From: a virus
Lineage: Duplodnaviria; Caudoviricetes
DNA length: 41,057 bases
IMG/VR virus record: IMGVR_UViG_3300036804_000354
Coordinates: 1-41,057 of that record
Direction: 5' to 3' (one strand)
A model generated the notes under the pieces. It made no database searches and had not been told where the DNA came from. It was given only the letters and a program-made list of their open reading frames with translations. The translations under genes and the position numbers were made by a program. This document shows positions 26,291-34,746 of this stretch, in pieces. Each line of letters begins with the position of its first letter. Positions within the stretch are counted from its first letter, which is position 1.

Positions 26291-26320
26291 CAACAAAAAA
26301 CCCCGCAAAAGCGAGGTTTC
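26291..26320 (-). terminator. Terminator after the tRNA cluster
   Basis: AAACCTCGC-TTTT-GCGGGG followed by TTTTTT. Confidence 0.75.
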
Positions 26321-26380
26321 AGATTAAGCGCTTTCCCACCGCTCAGGGTCACCCGTCATCGCAGGCAGAAAAGCATTGTC

Positions 26381-26455
<75 letters not shown>

Positions 26456-26459
26456 AATT

Positions 26460-26535
<76 letters not shown>

Positions 26536-26537
26536 AT

Positions 26538-26614
26538 TAGTGGCCCTTGCTGGACTTGAACCAGCGACAGGACGATTATGAGTCGCACGCTCTAACCAAC
26601 TGAGCTAAAGGGCC
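26538..26614 (-). tRNA. tRNA-Ile2 (CAU, ileX/ileZ-like), possibly degenerate
   Basis: GGCCCTTTAGCTCAG...CTCATAA...GGTTCAAGTCC. The 3' end reads ACTA instead of ACCA, and there is a U-C mismatch at the top of the anticodon stem. Confidence 0.8.
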
Positions 26615-26652
26615 GAGGTGCGCATTTTATAGATCGGGCCATATCAACACAA
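26615..26652 (-). promoter_or_regulatory. Sigma70 promoter for the tRNA cluster with GC-rich discriminator
   Basis: TTGTGT-17 bp-TAAAAT-GCGCAC directly before tRNA-Ile2. Confidence 0.6.
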
Positions 26653-26698
26653 CAACTAAGGGAAATGTTCTAAATATTCATTCCGATACGTATTAAAC

Positions 26699-26721
26699 AG
26701 CAAACCCCGCCGTGGCGAGGT
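26699..26721 (-). terminator. tR'-like terminator downstream of the late promoter
   Basis: ACCTCGCCACGGCGGGGTTT hairpin. Confidence 0.55.
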
Positions 26722-26767
26722 CTGATTTTTCGTAACGTTATGAGCATAGAATCCCATCGTTGGGATG

Positions 26768-26796
26768 AGACTAGCCAAAAACCGCCACATTTGCAA
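26768..26796 (-). promoter_or_regulatory. Late promoter pR' (Q-dependent)
   Basis: TTGCAA-17 bp-TAGTCT immediately after the Q stop codon, with a downstream -10-like TATGCT. Confidence 0.65.
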
Positions 26797-26801
26797 GGGG
26801 A

Positions 26802-27554
26802 TTAGCGAGTAACGTTTTTCAGTACCGACTCAGCATAGGACTCTTCCATGTGGCAATGCGTAACCAGTCGCTCGTAGAACAGCTTGAAGTTCCGCCGCCA
26901 GGTTGTCTCCGTAACCCCTAGCGTCTTGAACACCTCGGTATCTTTTAACCTTGGATAACCTCTACCCTTACAGCGCGGACATGGTTTATAAACAGGTAAC
27001 CCCTGTAGCTCGCTTTTCTTTTTATCCACCACCTCGCCACGCCCACGGCAACGGCACTCGTTTTTAACGTGGCCTTTGCCGTTGCAGGGCTTACAGATAA
27101 CCCGGACTATTTCCCGATCCTGCTCTTGTGGCATCCAGCTATCACGGATGCGCCAGGACTTCATTGTGAAAACCTCCGCATCGATAAACCCTTCCCCGGC
27201 GCAGCTGCTGCACGTAACGATACTGGCGGCGCTCAGTGAGTAGTCGCGAAACACATATCGAGCGATAATACGCAGAAATTCATATCGCTGCTTTTCTGGC
27301 ATCTTTTTCAGGGCTGAATGGCGGTCAGCACGCAACAACGCTATCTGTCCAATATAGGCAACAATGTCGTCAGGAGTCAGAACGCCCGCCTTTGCCAGAA
27401 ATAGCTCAATACCTACCGCTGCTTTTGAATTTGCCAGTCCAAGCGCTGCCATAATGTCAGTGATGGTAAGCGTGTCCGCCGTAATGCCACACGGCACGGC
27501 CCCAGGCATCATCGATTTGGGAGAAAAGTATTGCGGCAACGATTCAAGATTCAT
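26802..27554 (-). CDS. Late antiterminator Q (zinc-finger, phage 82-type)
   Basis: MNLESLPQYFSPKS, LTITDIMAALG and repeated CxxCxGxG; start at 27554 overlaps the RusA stop. Confidence 0.88.
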   Translation of the reverse strand: MNLESLPQYFSPKSMMPGAVPCGITADTLTITDIMAALGLANSKAAVGIELFLAKAGVLTPDDIVAYIGQIALLRADRHSALKKMPEKQRYEFLRIIARYVFRDYSLSAASIVTCSSCAGEGFIDAEVFTMKSWRIRDSWMPQEQDREIVRVICKPCNGKGHVKNECRCRGRGEVVDKKKSELQGLPVYKPCPRCKGRGYPRLKDTEVFKTLGVTETTWRRNFKLFYERLVTHCHMEESYAESVLKNVTR

Positions 27555-27910
27555 TTTGCGTCCTCGATGATGATTTGTCCGGTTTCGCCCCACACTTTTG
27601 ATGTCCGGACGTCCCATATGTGAGAGTCGTCCTCAAACAGAGCATCCAGCAGCGATTTGGTAAGGTTGTCTATATCAGGCTTTTGTTGGTGCGGTTTACC
27701 GTCCATCTGATCGCGCTTCTTCTGGCTCCAGCTTTTCGGCATGGGAATGATAAAGATGATGTGCGCGTTGGCTGGTGGTACCTGAATGTCATGCAGGCGG
27801 GCTTCATCACAGAACGCGCGGTACCGCATTACCGGCGGGCGCTGTTTCCACTTATCGCGGGCCGTCATTCGCGGTTTGCCGATCGGAGTAATCGAATAGC
27901 GGTTACGCAT
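27551..27910 (-). CDS. rusA: RusA-family Holliday junction resolvase
   Basis: PIGKPRMT, PMPKSWS, KPDIDNL and DDSHI motifs. Confidence 0.88.
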   Translation of the reverse strand: MRNRYSITPIGKPRMTARDKWKQRPPVMRYRAFCDEARLHDIQVPPANAHIIFIIPMPKSWSQKKRDQMDGKPHQQKPDIDNLTKSLLDALFEDDSHIWDVRTSKVWGETGQIIIEDAK

Positions 27911-28223
27911 AGAAAACCCCTGGCTCAATCAACCCCAATTCAAACAGGGTCTGTGTCAGCAGTTCCTCTTCGCTCCCGAATTTTTCTTCCCAGGTTCGCT
28001 GCCCGGCATGGATCGCAATACCGAAGCCGCCCGTGCGGTGATGAGTGGGGCACAGTGGAATTGCACGCAGGTGACTGGCTCGCTGACCAGCGCCGCAGCC
28101 CGAACGAATATGATGAGTCTCAGCAGGTGTCTCACCGTAACGAAGATTGCGACAAACGACACAACCGAGTGCGGCGACACGATCAAGGTGAAGCTTTTCA
28201 GCTTTGGTTTTGGACTTACTCAT
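27903..28223 (-). CDS. Ref-family recombination enhancement HNH nuclease
   Basis: LGCVVC, ETHH, IPLCPTHHR and FGSEEEL motifs. Confidence 0.85.
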   Translation of the reverse strand: MSKSKTKAEKLHLDRVAALGCVVCRNLRYGETPAETHHIRSGCGAGQRASHLRAIPLCPTHHRTGGFGIAIHAGQRTWEEKFGSEEELLTQTLFELGLIEPGVFYA

Positions 28224-28359
28224 GCCGGGCCACCAGCACAAGCAGATACACCGCCCTGGTTAGCGCGGTGTGGATTGGGTATTGCTACTGTATGCGTCAT
28301 CACATTTCTCCGGTGATGGCGCTAAAGGCTGCTATCAGTTGTTCAGGCTGATTTGATTA

Positions 28360-28545
28360 TTATAAATCAAGTTCATCCCTCTTTTCATCCCTGGCGGCTA
28401 TCATTTCCATAATAACTTCAGGATCGACTATGATTTGCCTTTCAGTTAGGGGTCTAACTATAAACTGCCCATCATCCAGTGCACTAACGTGATACTCCCC
28501 AACACCATATGATGCAAAAAAATCAACTAAATCTTCAATTTTCAT
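28360..28545 (-). CDS. Small acidic hypothetical protein
   Basis: MKIEDLVDFF..., preceded by GGAG. Confidence 0.5.
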   Translation of the reverse strand: MKIEDLVDFFASYGVGEYHVSALDDGQFIVRPLTERQIIVDPEVIMEMIAARDEKRDELDL

Positions 28546-28907
28546 CGCGAAACTCCAAAAGATTATTTCCCCTTTTCGGGTCCGCCTTCCGTGGTAATCC
28601 ATGCGCGCGAAATTTCATTTAAGATGCATTTTTTGCCGCCGTCTAATAGGCGCTATAGATCAATTACCAGCAAACCGATCGATACAAACGATCAATGCGG
28701 CGTTTTTCGTAACCTTTATTTATTTCTGGATTAAAAAGTTGTAACTTTCGACCCCACTTGTGCGACAAGTCATAAAACCCAAGCAATCTATGAAACGTAA
28801 ATAACTGTAAATCCACCATGTAATAAAAAACCTCCGATGCGGGTGTGGGTGCAATGAGGATGCTCGACAGCTTAAAGAGTGGCGGGAATCGCTCCCCGCC
28901 GGTGCTC

Positions 28908-29040
28908 TTACTTAACAGATTCGTAGGCTGTGAAGGCAGCGACCTCCGTCTGACCAGTCTCGAACCTCACAGATGTCTTTCCTCGTAAACAGCACCGCCA
29001 TAATGACGGTAATACAGATGACGATCAGGGCGATTAACAG
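28908..29040 (-). pseudogene. hok: hok/gef toxin remnant (5'-truncated and frameshifted)
   Basis: Minus strand encodes LIALIVICITVIMAVLFTRKDICEVR, then after a frameshift TGQTEVAAFTAYESVK*. No in-frame start (upstream TGA). A hok-type 3' hairpin lies at 28875-28909. Confidence 0.85.
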
Positions 29041-29244
29041 TACGCATCAACTGGCGTGCTATTCTCGAGGAGGTGAAATATGGCGAGACCACAATCATAT
29101 TGTTCACCAAGGAAACTTACTGTTTTTTCTTAATAGAAAGCAACAAGGGAGAAGCATTCATTGCAAGCAAAAAAAGGAATATTGCTTGCTAGAATTATTT
29201 TTTTGTATAAAAATTACGCCATCATAATAGCTGAGGGTAAGCAT

Positions 29245-30243
29245 GTGGACAGTAAGCAATCGAAAGGTGGGGTAGCAAGGGCCAGCGCCCTTTCATCAGA
29301 GAGAAAACAGGAAATCGCCCGAATGGGTGCGATGGCTAAAAATACCCCCAAAGCAACCCATAAAGGCGAGATTGATATCTCAGGGATAAAAATTCCATGC
29401 TTTGTTCTTGATGATGGTCGGAGAGTTATCTCAGGAAGAAGCTTAACAGCGTCGATAGGCATGAAAGGTCGTGGCCAAGGGGTTGCTCGTTTAGCGGGCC
29501 ATAAAATGCTTAACCCAATAAAAAACAAAGAGTTAATATTGGCCATCGAAAACCCAATAAAATTTATTGGGGCATTCCCTATAAAGGGGACTAGTAACAC
29601 TAATGTCTTTGCGGATGGTTTCGAGGCTACCATCCTTCAGGAGTTATGTGAGGCCATACTTGCTGCCCGAGATGACAACTTGTTAACTACGGAGCAGGAA
29701 TTTAGATATGCTCAATATTCAGATATGCTTATTAGGGCTTTTGCAAGGGTTGGTATTGTATCGCTGGTTGATGAAGCTACCGGATATCAAGAGGTAAGGC
29801 CACGGGACGCCCTTCAAGAATATCTTAATAAAATTATAAGCAAAGAACTTGCAGCGTGGGCAAAGAAATTCCCTGATGAATTTTACGAAAATATATATAG
29901 GTTAAAAAATTGGCCATGGCAAGGGATGAGCAAAAACAGGTATAGCGTTGTATCACATTACACCAGGGACTTAGTTTATGACCGACTGGGGGATGGCATC
30001 CTTTCTGAACTCGAAAAAAAATCACCCAAAGATGAAAAGGGAAATAGAAAAAATAAACTCCACCAGTGGTTAACTTCAGACATTGGAAATCCAATGCTTT
30101 CTCAGCACCTTCACTCGTTAATAATGCTGCAGAGATTGGCCATATCGAATGGGCACGGATGGAATAGATTTGTCAAAACTGTAGATCAAGTAATGCCCAA
30201 GAAAAACGGTACCTTAGAGTTAAACTTAACAGACGAGTTCTGA
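29245..30243 (+). CDS. P63C domain protein (moron)
   Basis: SKGGVARA..LS, IPCFVLDDGRRVIS, GIVSLVDEATGYQ, W.K.FPDEFY and KLHQWLT motifs. AT-rich and antisense to the early operon; GTG start after GAGGG. Confidence 0.85.
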   Translation: MDSKQSKGGVARASALSSERKQEIARMGAMAKNTPKATHKGEIDISGIKIPCFVLDDGRRVISGRSLTASIGMKGRGQGVARLAGHKMLNPIKNKELILAIENPIKFIGAFPIKGTSNTNVFADGFEATILQELCEAILAARDDNLLTTEQEFRYAQYSDMLIRAFARVGIVSLVDEATGYQEVRPRDALQEYLNKIISKELAAWAKKFPDEFYENIYRLKNWPWQGMSKNRYSVVSHYTRDLVYDRLGDGILSELEKKSPKDEKGNRKNKLHQWLTSDIGNPMLSQHLHSLIMLQRLAISNGHGWNRFVKTVDQVMPKKNGTLELNLTDEF

Positions 30244-30288
30244 TGCAATGCGGTGTGCAGCGTCATTTCACTGATACCTTTTACTGCT

Positions 30289-30813
30289 TCAGAGCCTGCT
30301 ACTCCTTGACCCAAAGGGCCGTAAGAGGCTATCTCCTAGGGTTATGGCCTGCAATCGCTCCACGCGCACGGCGGTGATTTCCAGCATGATGCGGGAGGCC
30401 CAGCGCGGCATGTGAATTGACGGTTTCCAGCCCTGACGGATATTGTCATCCATGTCCTGGTATTCAGGACGTGGGCCCCTATCAGCTGCATATTTGCAAA
30501 ATGCTGGTGTCTCGAATGGAGCGCTGTCTTTCGCATATGCATCCATCTGATCACAGTCGAACAACGGCCCCTGGAACGTCTCGCGCACCCAGAGTCGATC
30601 TCCCGGCTTTCCGTGAGGACAGACTACATGAGCAAAATTGCGGTTAGTCTCACTATCACTGCTACCTGCGCCATAAAGACGACCATTCCATGAAAATCCA
30701 GATCCAGTAGTTAACTCTGGCTGTGGTTTCACAAGCCGCCGCGTCTGTGTCTTCCGACCGTCCAGCAGCGCCCGGACCATCTCTGCGTTGAAAATAATGC
30801 CGCGATCTTTCAT
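30289..30813 (-). pseudogene. ASCH-like phage protein, C-terminally truncated
   Basis: FNAEMVRALLDGRKTQTRR, GDRLWVRET and WKPSIHMPRWASRI..EIT.VRVERLQ, then an abrupt unrelated tail SLLRPFGSRSSRL. Confidence 0.7.
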
Positions 30814-31097
30814 GCTGCACGCTCCTGTTTTGACATCAGCGCTTCACGAACGCACGGTTTGTAGTAGTGATGGAAAGCGAACGTAAGACCGAGTTTTGTT
30901 GCGCTTTGGTTCTTATTGCTCAATAAGCCGAGCTCCATGCAGATGGTTGTCGCCGTCCAGCCAGAGTGATAGCCTGCGGCACGCTTCATAACGGTTTCTG
31001 CCAGGATGGTTCGAAAGTCGGTGCGCCCGAAATTAGTACCCTCAAACGCCTTATTCACGACTTCATCAGTCAGATGTGAATCGTCAACGATGCTCAT
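30810..31097 (-). CDS. Hypothetical phage protein
   Basis: 95 aa, coupled by ATGA overlaps; FEGTNFG, GYHSG. Confidence 0.7.
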   Translation of the reverse strand: MSIVDDSHLTDEVVNKAFEGTNFGRTDFRTILAETVMKRAAGYHSGWTATTICMELGLLSNKNQSATKLGLTFAFHHYYKPCVREALMSKQERAA

Positions 31098-31402
31098 GCC
31101 GTCACCCTACCTGCGCTGCCAAATATTTTGTGGATGTGATAGCCCCGCCAGTTGCGGCGACACTGTTCAGCGATCGGCAAATTCTCCATAGCCAGTTCCC
31201 GCCCCGCTCGGTAAATCGCTGGTGTGCGGCCTGTGCGCATCTTGACTATCTCAACCTGCCCTTTTTCCGTCAGGGATTTAAGCGCCCAGGCTATGCCTGA
31301 ATAGCTAACCCCCGGATACGCTTCACTGATCTGGCTTACGGTGGCGGTCTCATGCGTTCCAAAAAATGCCAACACCGCCTGGCCTGCTGTCAATGTGCTC
31401 AT
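31094..31402 (-). CDS. Winged-HTH phage protein
   Basis: Start MSTLTAGQ at 31402 overlaps the upstream stop; ATVSQISE...ALKSL..KG. Confidence 0.65.
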   Translation of the reverse strand: MSTLTAGQAVLAFFGTHETATVSQISEAYPGVSYSGIAWALKSLTEKGQVEIVKMRTGRTPAIYRAGRELAMENLPIAEQCRRNWRGYHIHKIFGSAGRVTA

Positions 31403-31629
31403 TCTGCCGTCTCCTCTGTCTGAATTTCGCTTCTCTGCTGATCCCACTGTTCGCGCAGAACCCGCTTCATCGTCAGTTTTGAGGTTCCAGTGTGAAAACT
31501 TTTCTGCACACGATGGTGGTTGTAGGGGCATTTCAGCACCCCGGCAGTGATAAATGCCCGGTCTTTAAAGCCGTATTCAGTCGAAAGGTTGCACGTTGGG
31601 CAGCGCGGCATTTCAGTACCAGTTGTCAT
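31399..31629 (-). CDS. Small zinc-ribbon protein
   Basis: CPTC and CPYNHH motifs. Confidence 0.6.
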   Translation of the reverse strand: MTTGTEMPRCPTCNLSTEYGFKDRAFITAGVLKCPYNHHRVQKSFHTGTSKLTMKRVLREQWDQQRSEIQTEETAE

Positions 31630-31732
31630 CGTCACTCCCCCAGCACCCATCGGTTAAAATTGCGGAAATCCCCCAAACCACCAGCATGATCAGCACAACA
31701 CAGACCACCCAAATCAGAACAGCAGCAGTCAC
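31613..31732 (-). CDS. 39-aa membrane peptide (not in the ORF track)
   Basis: GTG overlaps the upstream TGA, preceded by GGAGG; MTAAVLIWVVCVVLIMLVVWGISAILTDGCWGSDDDNWY. Confidence 0.55.
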   Translation of the reverse strand: MTAAVLIWVVCVVLIMLVVWGISAILTDGCWGSDDDNWY

Positions 31733-32115
31733 GGCATCACCTCCTGGATAAGATGTTTGTGTTTACTGAGCTCACGAACTGCGTCACGCAGCCGTTCAAG
31801 CTGGGCGACTTTGGCTTTTGCACGACGGATCTCTCGGCTGACACCGCGAACCGTTGGAATCACCATCTCACCCCGGCGGGTGGACGTGAATGGCGTGATG
31901 GACTCCAGCACAGCCGCAACGCTGTCGGTAGGCTGCACAGCATCTTGCGTAGGCTCAACGGATAACCAGGTCTTACCCTGCTGAACTACCCATCCTTTCC
32001 GCTTGTAGTCCCAAAGTTGGTTTATCACCTCACGCTGGGTTAACCCGGTACGTCTGGAGATCTCGAGAGACGTCGCCTTTTTCATTGCCTCAAGGGCTTG
32101 AAGTACAGTTTCCAT
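31729..32115 (-). CDS. DUF1627-like HTH protein
   Basis: METVLQALEAMKKATSLEI and IPTVRGVSREIRRAKAK. Confidence 0.7.
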   Translation of the reverse strand: METVLQALEAMKKATSLEISRRTGLTQREVINQLWDYKRKGWVVQQGKTWLSVEPTQDAVQPTDSVAAVLESITPFTSTRRGEMVIPTVRGVSREIRRAKAKVAQLERLRDAVRELSKHKHLIQEVMP

Positions 32116-32123
32116 AACTTCTC

Positions 32124-33074
32124 CTAGTTGAATTCCGATCCCCTAAAACCTTTAGGGATTGCGCTATCTGGTTGTGAAATGGTGTTTATGTCGCGCTGCT
32201 GGGCCTGATACCCAATTCCTGAACCCAGTCGCAGAACCAGGTCATCCCATTTTTCCCGCAGCTTGCCGGGACTCAGAATGTTGCGACACCAGAATGGATC
32301 GCTCTGAACTCGCTTGAACAAGTCGCAAATTTGTCGATGGGTGCGGCTGTCGATGGTTCTCATCAGGCGGATCTCATTCGCCCAGGCTTCCCAGTTCGGG
32401 TCTTTTGGACGTGTAACCTCGCCGTCAGCCTCGGCAGCTTTTTCGTAGAGTTTTTTGATGCGGGCGAAGATCCATTCAGCACACTGATGGTCCTCGGGAG
32501 TTCCCCACTTGGTCTTCTGGATCGCGTTGTTGTTTTGAGAGGAATTTTCGGTGTCCGGGGATTCGTCAGAATTCTCGGACGAAGAGATCTGTTTTATATC
32601 TGTTGTAGTCTCTGTAGTAGTCTCTGTATGAACAACGGACCGTTTTGACCTCTTGCGCGGGGTCACATTGCCCCGTTGCACTGGCTCAACTTGACCGCTT
32701 GCATCGTCGCAATTTGAACCGCTGCATGGGGTCAAATTGACCTCACCGGAAATCAACGGGTTGTCATAGTTGATGGTATAAAAATTGGTACGATCACGGT
32801 TATCGTCTGACAGCCTGGCGACATCAATAATCCCGGCCTTCACTAGTGAGGCCAGAGTCCGCTTGATAGTGCTGACGGAATAAAAATCAAAGCTCTTTTG
32901 CTTCCACTCTTCGTGGGTGTTATAGACCCACTTGCGCCCTTCGTGCATCACGCCTGACGTTGTGTCATTTATCCAGTAATGCAGTTGCTGGAGAACAATG
33001 GCCTCATTCAGACCAATGGCTACAGCGAGATCCGGATTAATCACAATCGGATGTTTTGCGTAGAGTAGGCTCAC
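32124..33074 (-). CDS. Replication initiator (O-like)
   Basis: N-terminal wHTH (IGLNEAIVLQQLHYW, KWVYNT); lambda-O-like C-terminus (WANEIRLM, FWCRNILSPGKLREKWDDL). Confidence 0.9.
   Translation of the reverse strand: MSLLYAKHPIVINPDLAVAIGLNEAIVLQQLHYWINDTTSGVMHEGRKWVYNTHEEWKQKSFDFYSVSTIKRTLASLVKAGIIDVARLSDDNRDRTNFYTINYDNPLISGEVNLTPCSGSNCDDASGQVEPVQRGNVTPRKRSKRSVVHTETTTETTTDIKQISSSENSDESPDTENSSQNNNAIQKTKWGTPEDHQCAEWIFARIKKLYEKAAEADGEVTRPKDPNWEAWANEIRLMRTIDSRTHRQICDLFKRVQSDPFWCRNILSPGKLREKWDDLVLRLGSGIGYQAQQRDINTISQPDSAIPKGFRGSEFN
32637..32744. repeat. Replication origin iterons: five degenerate repeats with 23-bp period
   Basis: TTG cores at 32645, 32668, 32691, 32714 and 32737; best copy GGTCAAATTGACC; inside the O-like gene. 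Confidence 0.8.
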
Positions 33075-33307
33075 TCTTCCACCTTCCTAAAATCACGTTC
33101 GAACACCCTGCGGTTTACCTTGCAGAGATCGCCACCTGCGCGGCGGAATAACACCGTGTTCCGGTTTAATTCCAGGAGGATCACCACATGTCCGTACCGG
33201 TCTTTGTATCGCTTCGCCGGTACGACAACGACACCGCATTTGCACGGCGCTGCACCGGGAGTATTACGCTGTAGCACACAGCGCAGACGTTCGATTGGGG
33301 TACACAT
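33071..33307 (-). CDS. DUF4222-like protein
   Basis: RYKDRYGHVV...VLFRR...FERDF; AGGAGG RBS before the ATG at 33307. Confidence 0.65.
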   Translation of the reverse strand: MCTPIERLRCVLQRNTPGAAPCKCGVVVVPAKRYKDRYGHVVILLELNRNTVLFRRAGGDLCKVNRRVFERDFRKVEE

Positions 33308-33326
33308 GGGCCGCCTCCTGATCTCG

Positions 33327-33776
33327 CTATATCGCGCGCTGTCGAGCGTGCGAAAGGTCGACATTGATACCAATCAGGTCTGCCAAAGCGGCAATGGCCT
33401 CAATGCCTTCGCGATAGATAACCGTCTTTGGCTTGCGCATCAGCACGGCGTTTGTGGCCTCGGTACATTCACGGTTGGCGTTCGCGATCTGACTGTGTAC
33501 GTCGTGCAGCTGCTGCATCTCGGCATCAATGGCAGCCATAACCGCAGGTGCCAGGTCAAGAGCCTGCTGGCGATAATTCGCGGTGTTATTACGGAATGCG
33601 CGCTGAATGCGCTGCGTGTTGTTATGCAAGCGACGACTGTAGTCATCGGCGTCAGTGATGCCGTCCAGCACTTCAAGCAATTCGCCGACATGATGTTTCG
33701 TAATCAACGGGACAACCGCTTTCCAGCGCCCTTCGGCCCATGCCTCAAGCTCAACAGCGATAAGTTTGAGATCCAT
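33327..33776 (-). CDS. CII-like / YdaT-family regulator
   Basis: Position after cro; LEAWA, QRIQRAF and ANRECTEATNAVL. Confidence 0.65.
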   Translation of the reverse strand: MDLKLIAVELEAWAEGRWKAVVPLITKHHVGELLEVLDGITDADDYSRRLHNNTQRIQRAFRNNTANYRQQALDLAPAVMAAIDAEMQQLHDVHSQIANANRECTEATNAVLMRKPKTVIYREGIEAIAALADLIGINVDLSHARQRAI

Positions 33777-34018
33777 TATTCAGACACCATGTTTTCAACT
33801 GCAGTATTCTTGCCCGCAAGAGGGGGGAAGACGCTGTCGAGGGTGCAGTTGCTACCAAGTTTATTTAAAGCCTCAACGATACGGCGACAGTCACCCAAAC
33901 CAGGCTTCCTCAGGCCAGTCTCATAATTTGATAACCGAGACTGCCGCCAACCAAGGGTTCCGGCTAAAGACTCTTGAGTTAACTTCAGGGCAATCCGCTC
34001 TTTGGAGATGTTGTTCAT
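33776..34018 (-). CDS. Cro-like HTH repressor
   Basis: MNNISKER..LTQESLA..GWRQSRLSNYETGLRKP; divergent from cI. Confidence 0.88.
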   Translation of the reverse strand: MNNISKERIALKLTQESLAGTLGWRQSRLSNYETGLRKPGLGDCRRIVEALNKLGSNCTLDSVFPPLAGKNTAVENMVSE

Positions 34019-34046
34019 ATTTGCCTCAATTTCATTCGACACAACA

Positions 34047-34112
34047 ATTAAACACGACTCGTGTTTAAAATGCAACACGATTTGAAGTGTTTGTTTCAAC
34101 ACGCAATGTGAT
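34047..34112 (-). promoter_or_regulatory. PR promoter and OR operators
   Basis: TTGCAT-17-TTTAAT on the minus strand; operators TAAACACGACTCGTGTTTA (34049-34067) and AACACGCAATGTGAT (34098-34112). Confidence 0.75.
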
Positions 34113-34123
34113 AGAAAGATTTC

Positions 34124-34507
34124 ATGAACATGAATGAGCAGATCGCTAGCCGCCTTAAGGCAGCGCGAGAAAAAAAAGGAATATCCCAAAAGGTTCTGGC
34201 TGACCGTTGCGGGTGGGCGCAGTCGCGCATTGGTAATTATGAGTCAGGGGCCAGAGCGATTGGTCTTGATGACGCTATATCTATGGCGCGGGAGTTAGGA
34301 ATTTCAGCTGTTGAGCTGGTATTTGGCGATGAAGGACAAAGTTTAAGGAGGCTCAATGAAAAGCAAACTCACATGCTTGATTTGTTCGATCAGCTTCCAG
34401 ACAAAGAACAAGACAATATGATGCAGGCGTTCTCAAAAGTCCTGAAGGACAACGATGAATGGGTAGAAAAATACATTCTTCGCAGAGATAAAAGTAAAGA
34501 CATCTGA
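34124..34507 (+). CDS. Immunity repressor (short, DicA-like, no peptidase domain)
   Basis: 127-aa Xre HTH, SQKVLADRCGWAQSRIGNYESG. Confidence 0.88.
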   Translation: MNMNEQIASRLKAAREKKGISQKVLADRCGWAQSRIGNYESGARAIGLDDAISMARELGISAVELVFGDEGQSLRRLNEKQTHMLDLFDQLPDKEQDNMMQAFSKVLKDNDEWVEKYILRRDKSKDI

Positions 34508-34521
34508 TCTACCACTCACTC

Positions 34522-34551
34522 AAAAACTCCCGCTCCTGCGGGATTTTTTTT
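34522..34551 (+). terminator. Terminator after the repressor gene
   Basis: TCCCGC-TCCT-GCGGGA followed by a T-run. Confidence 0.8.
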
Positions 34552-34580
34552 GCCTGTCATCTTTCCCCTACAAAAAATAA

Positions 34581-34622
34581 AACACATCGCGTGTTGACTA
34601 AAAATCACGTTAGGTGTTTAAT
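34581..34622 (+). promoter_or_regulatory. PL promoter and OL operators
   Basis: TTGACT-17-TTTAAT overlapped by AACACATCGCGTGTT and ATCACGTTAGGTGTT (same A(A/T)CAC-N5-GTG(A/T)T consensus as OR). Confidence 0.8.
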
Positions 34623-34746
34623 CTATCACATCAGCAACACGCAGCGGGTTTAACAATCAACCCAATGCAGGGCGCTAAAGGTTTGTAAACAGTTCCGCCG
34701 CCCCGGCGATAAGGGGGAAACAGAAATTTTATGATCAGGAGCCTTC

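Noticed and set aside
28310-28352. TCAGCCTGAACAACTGA hairpin as a nut-like site
   Set aside because: No clear boxA and no N-like gene; insufficient evidence.
28805-28820. Possible LexA box CTGTAAATCCACCATG
   Set aside because: The right half lacks CAG; too degenerate to call.
28973-29227. 84-aa + strand ORF
   Set aside because: Antisense to the hok remnant and spans the moron junction; no protein-like signal.
32637-32744. Regular repeats considered as a CRISPR-like array
   Set aside because: 23-bp period with no unique spacers, inside the replication gene; these are iterons.
33120-33926. 268-aa + strand ORF and many other long antisense ORFs (e.g. 27620-28351, 6629-7207)
   Set aside because: Shadows of well-supported minus-strand genes, with no motifs.
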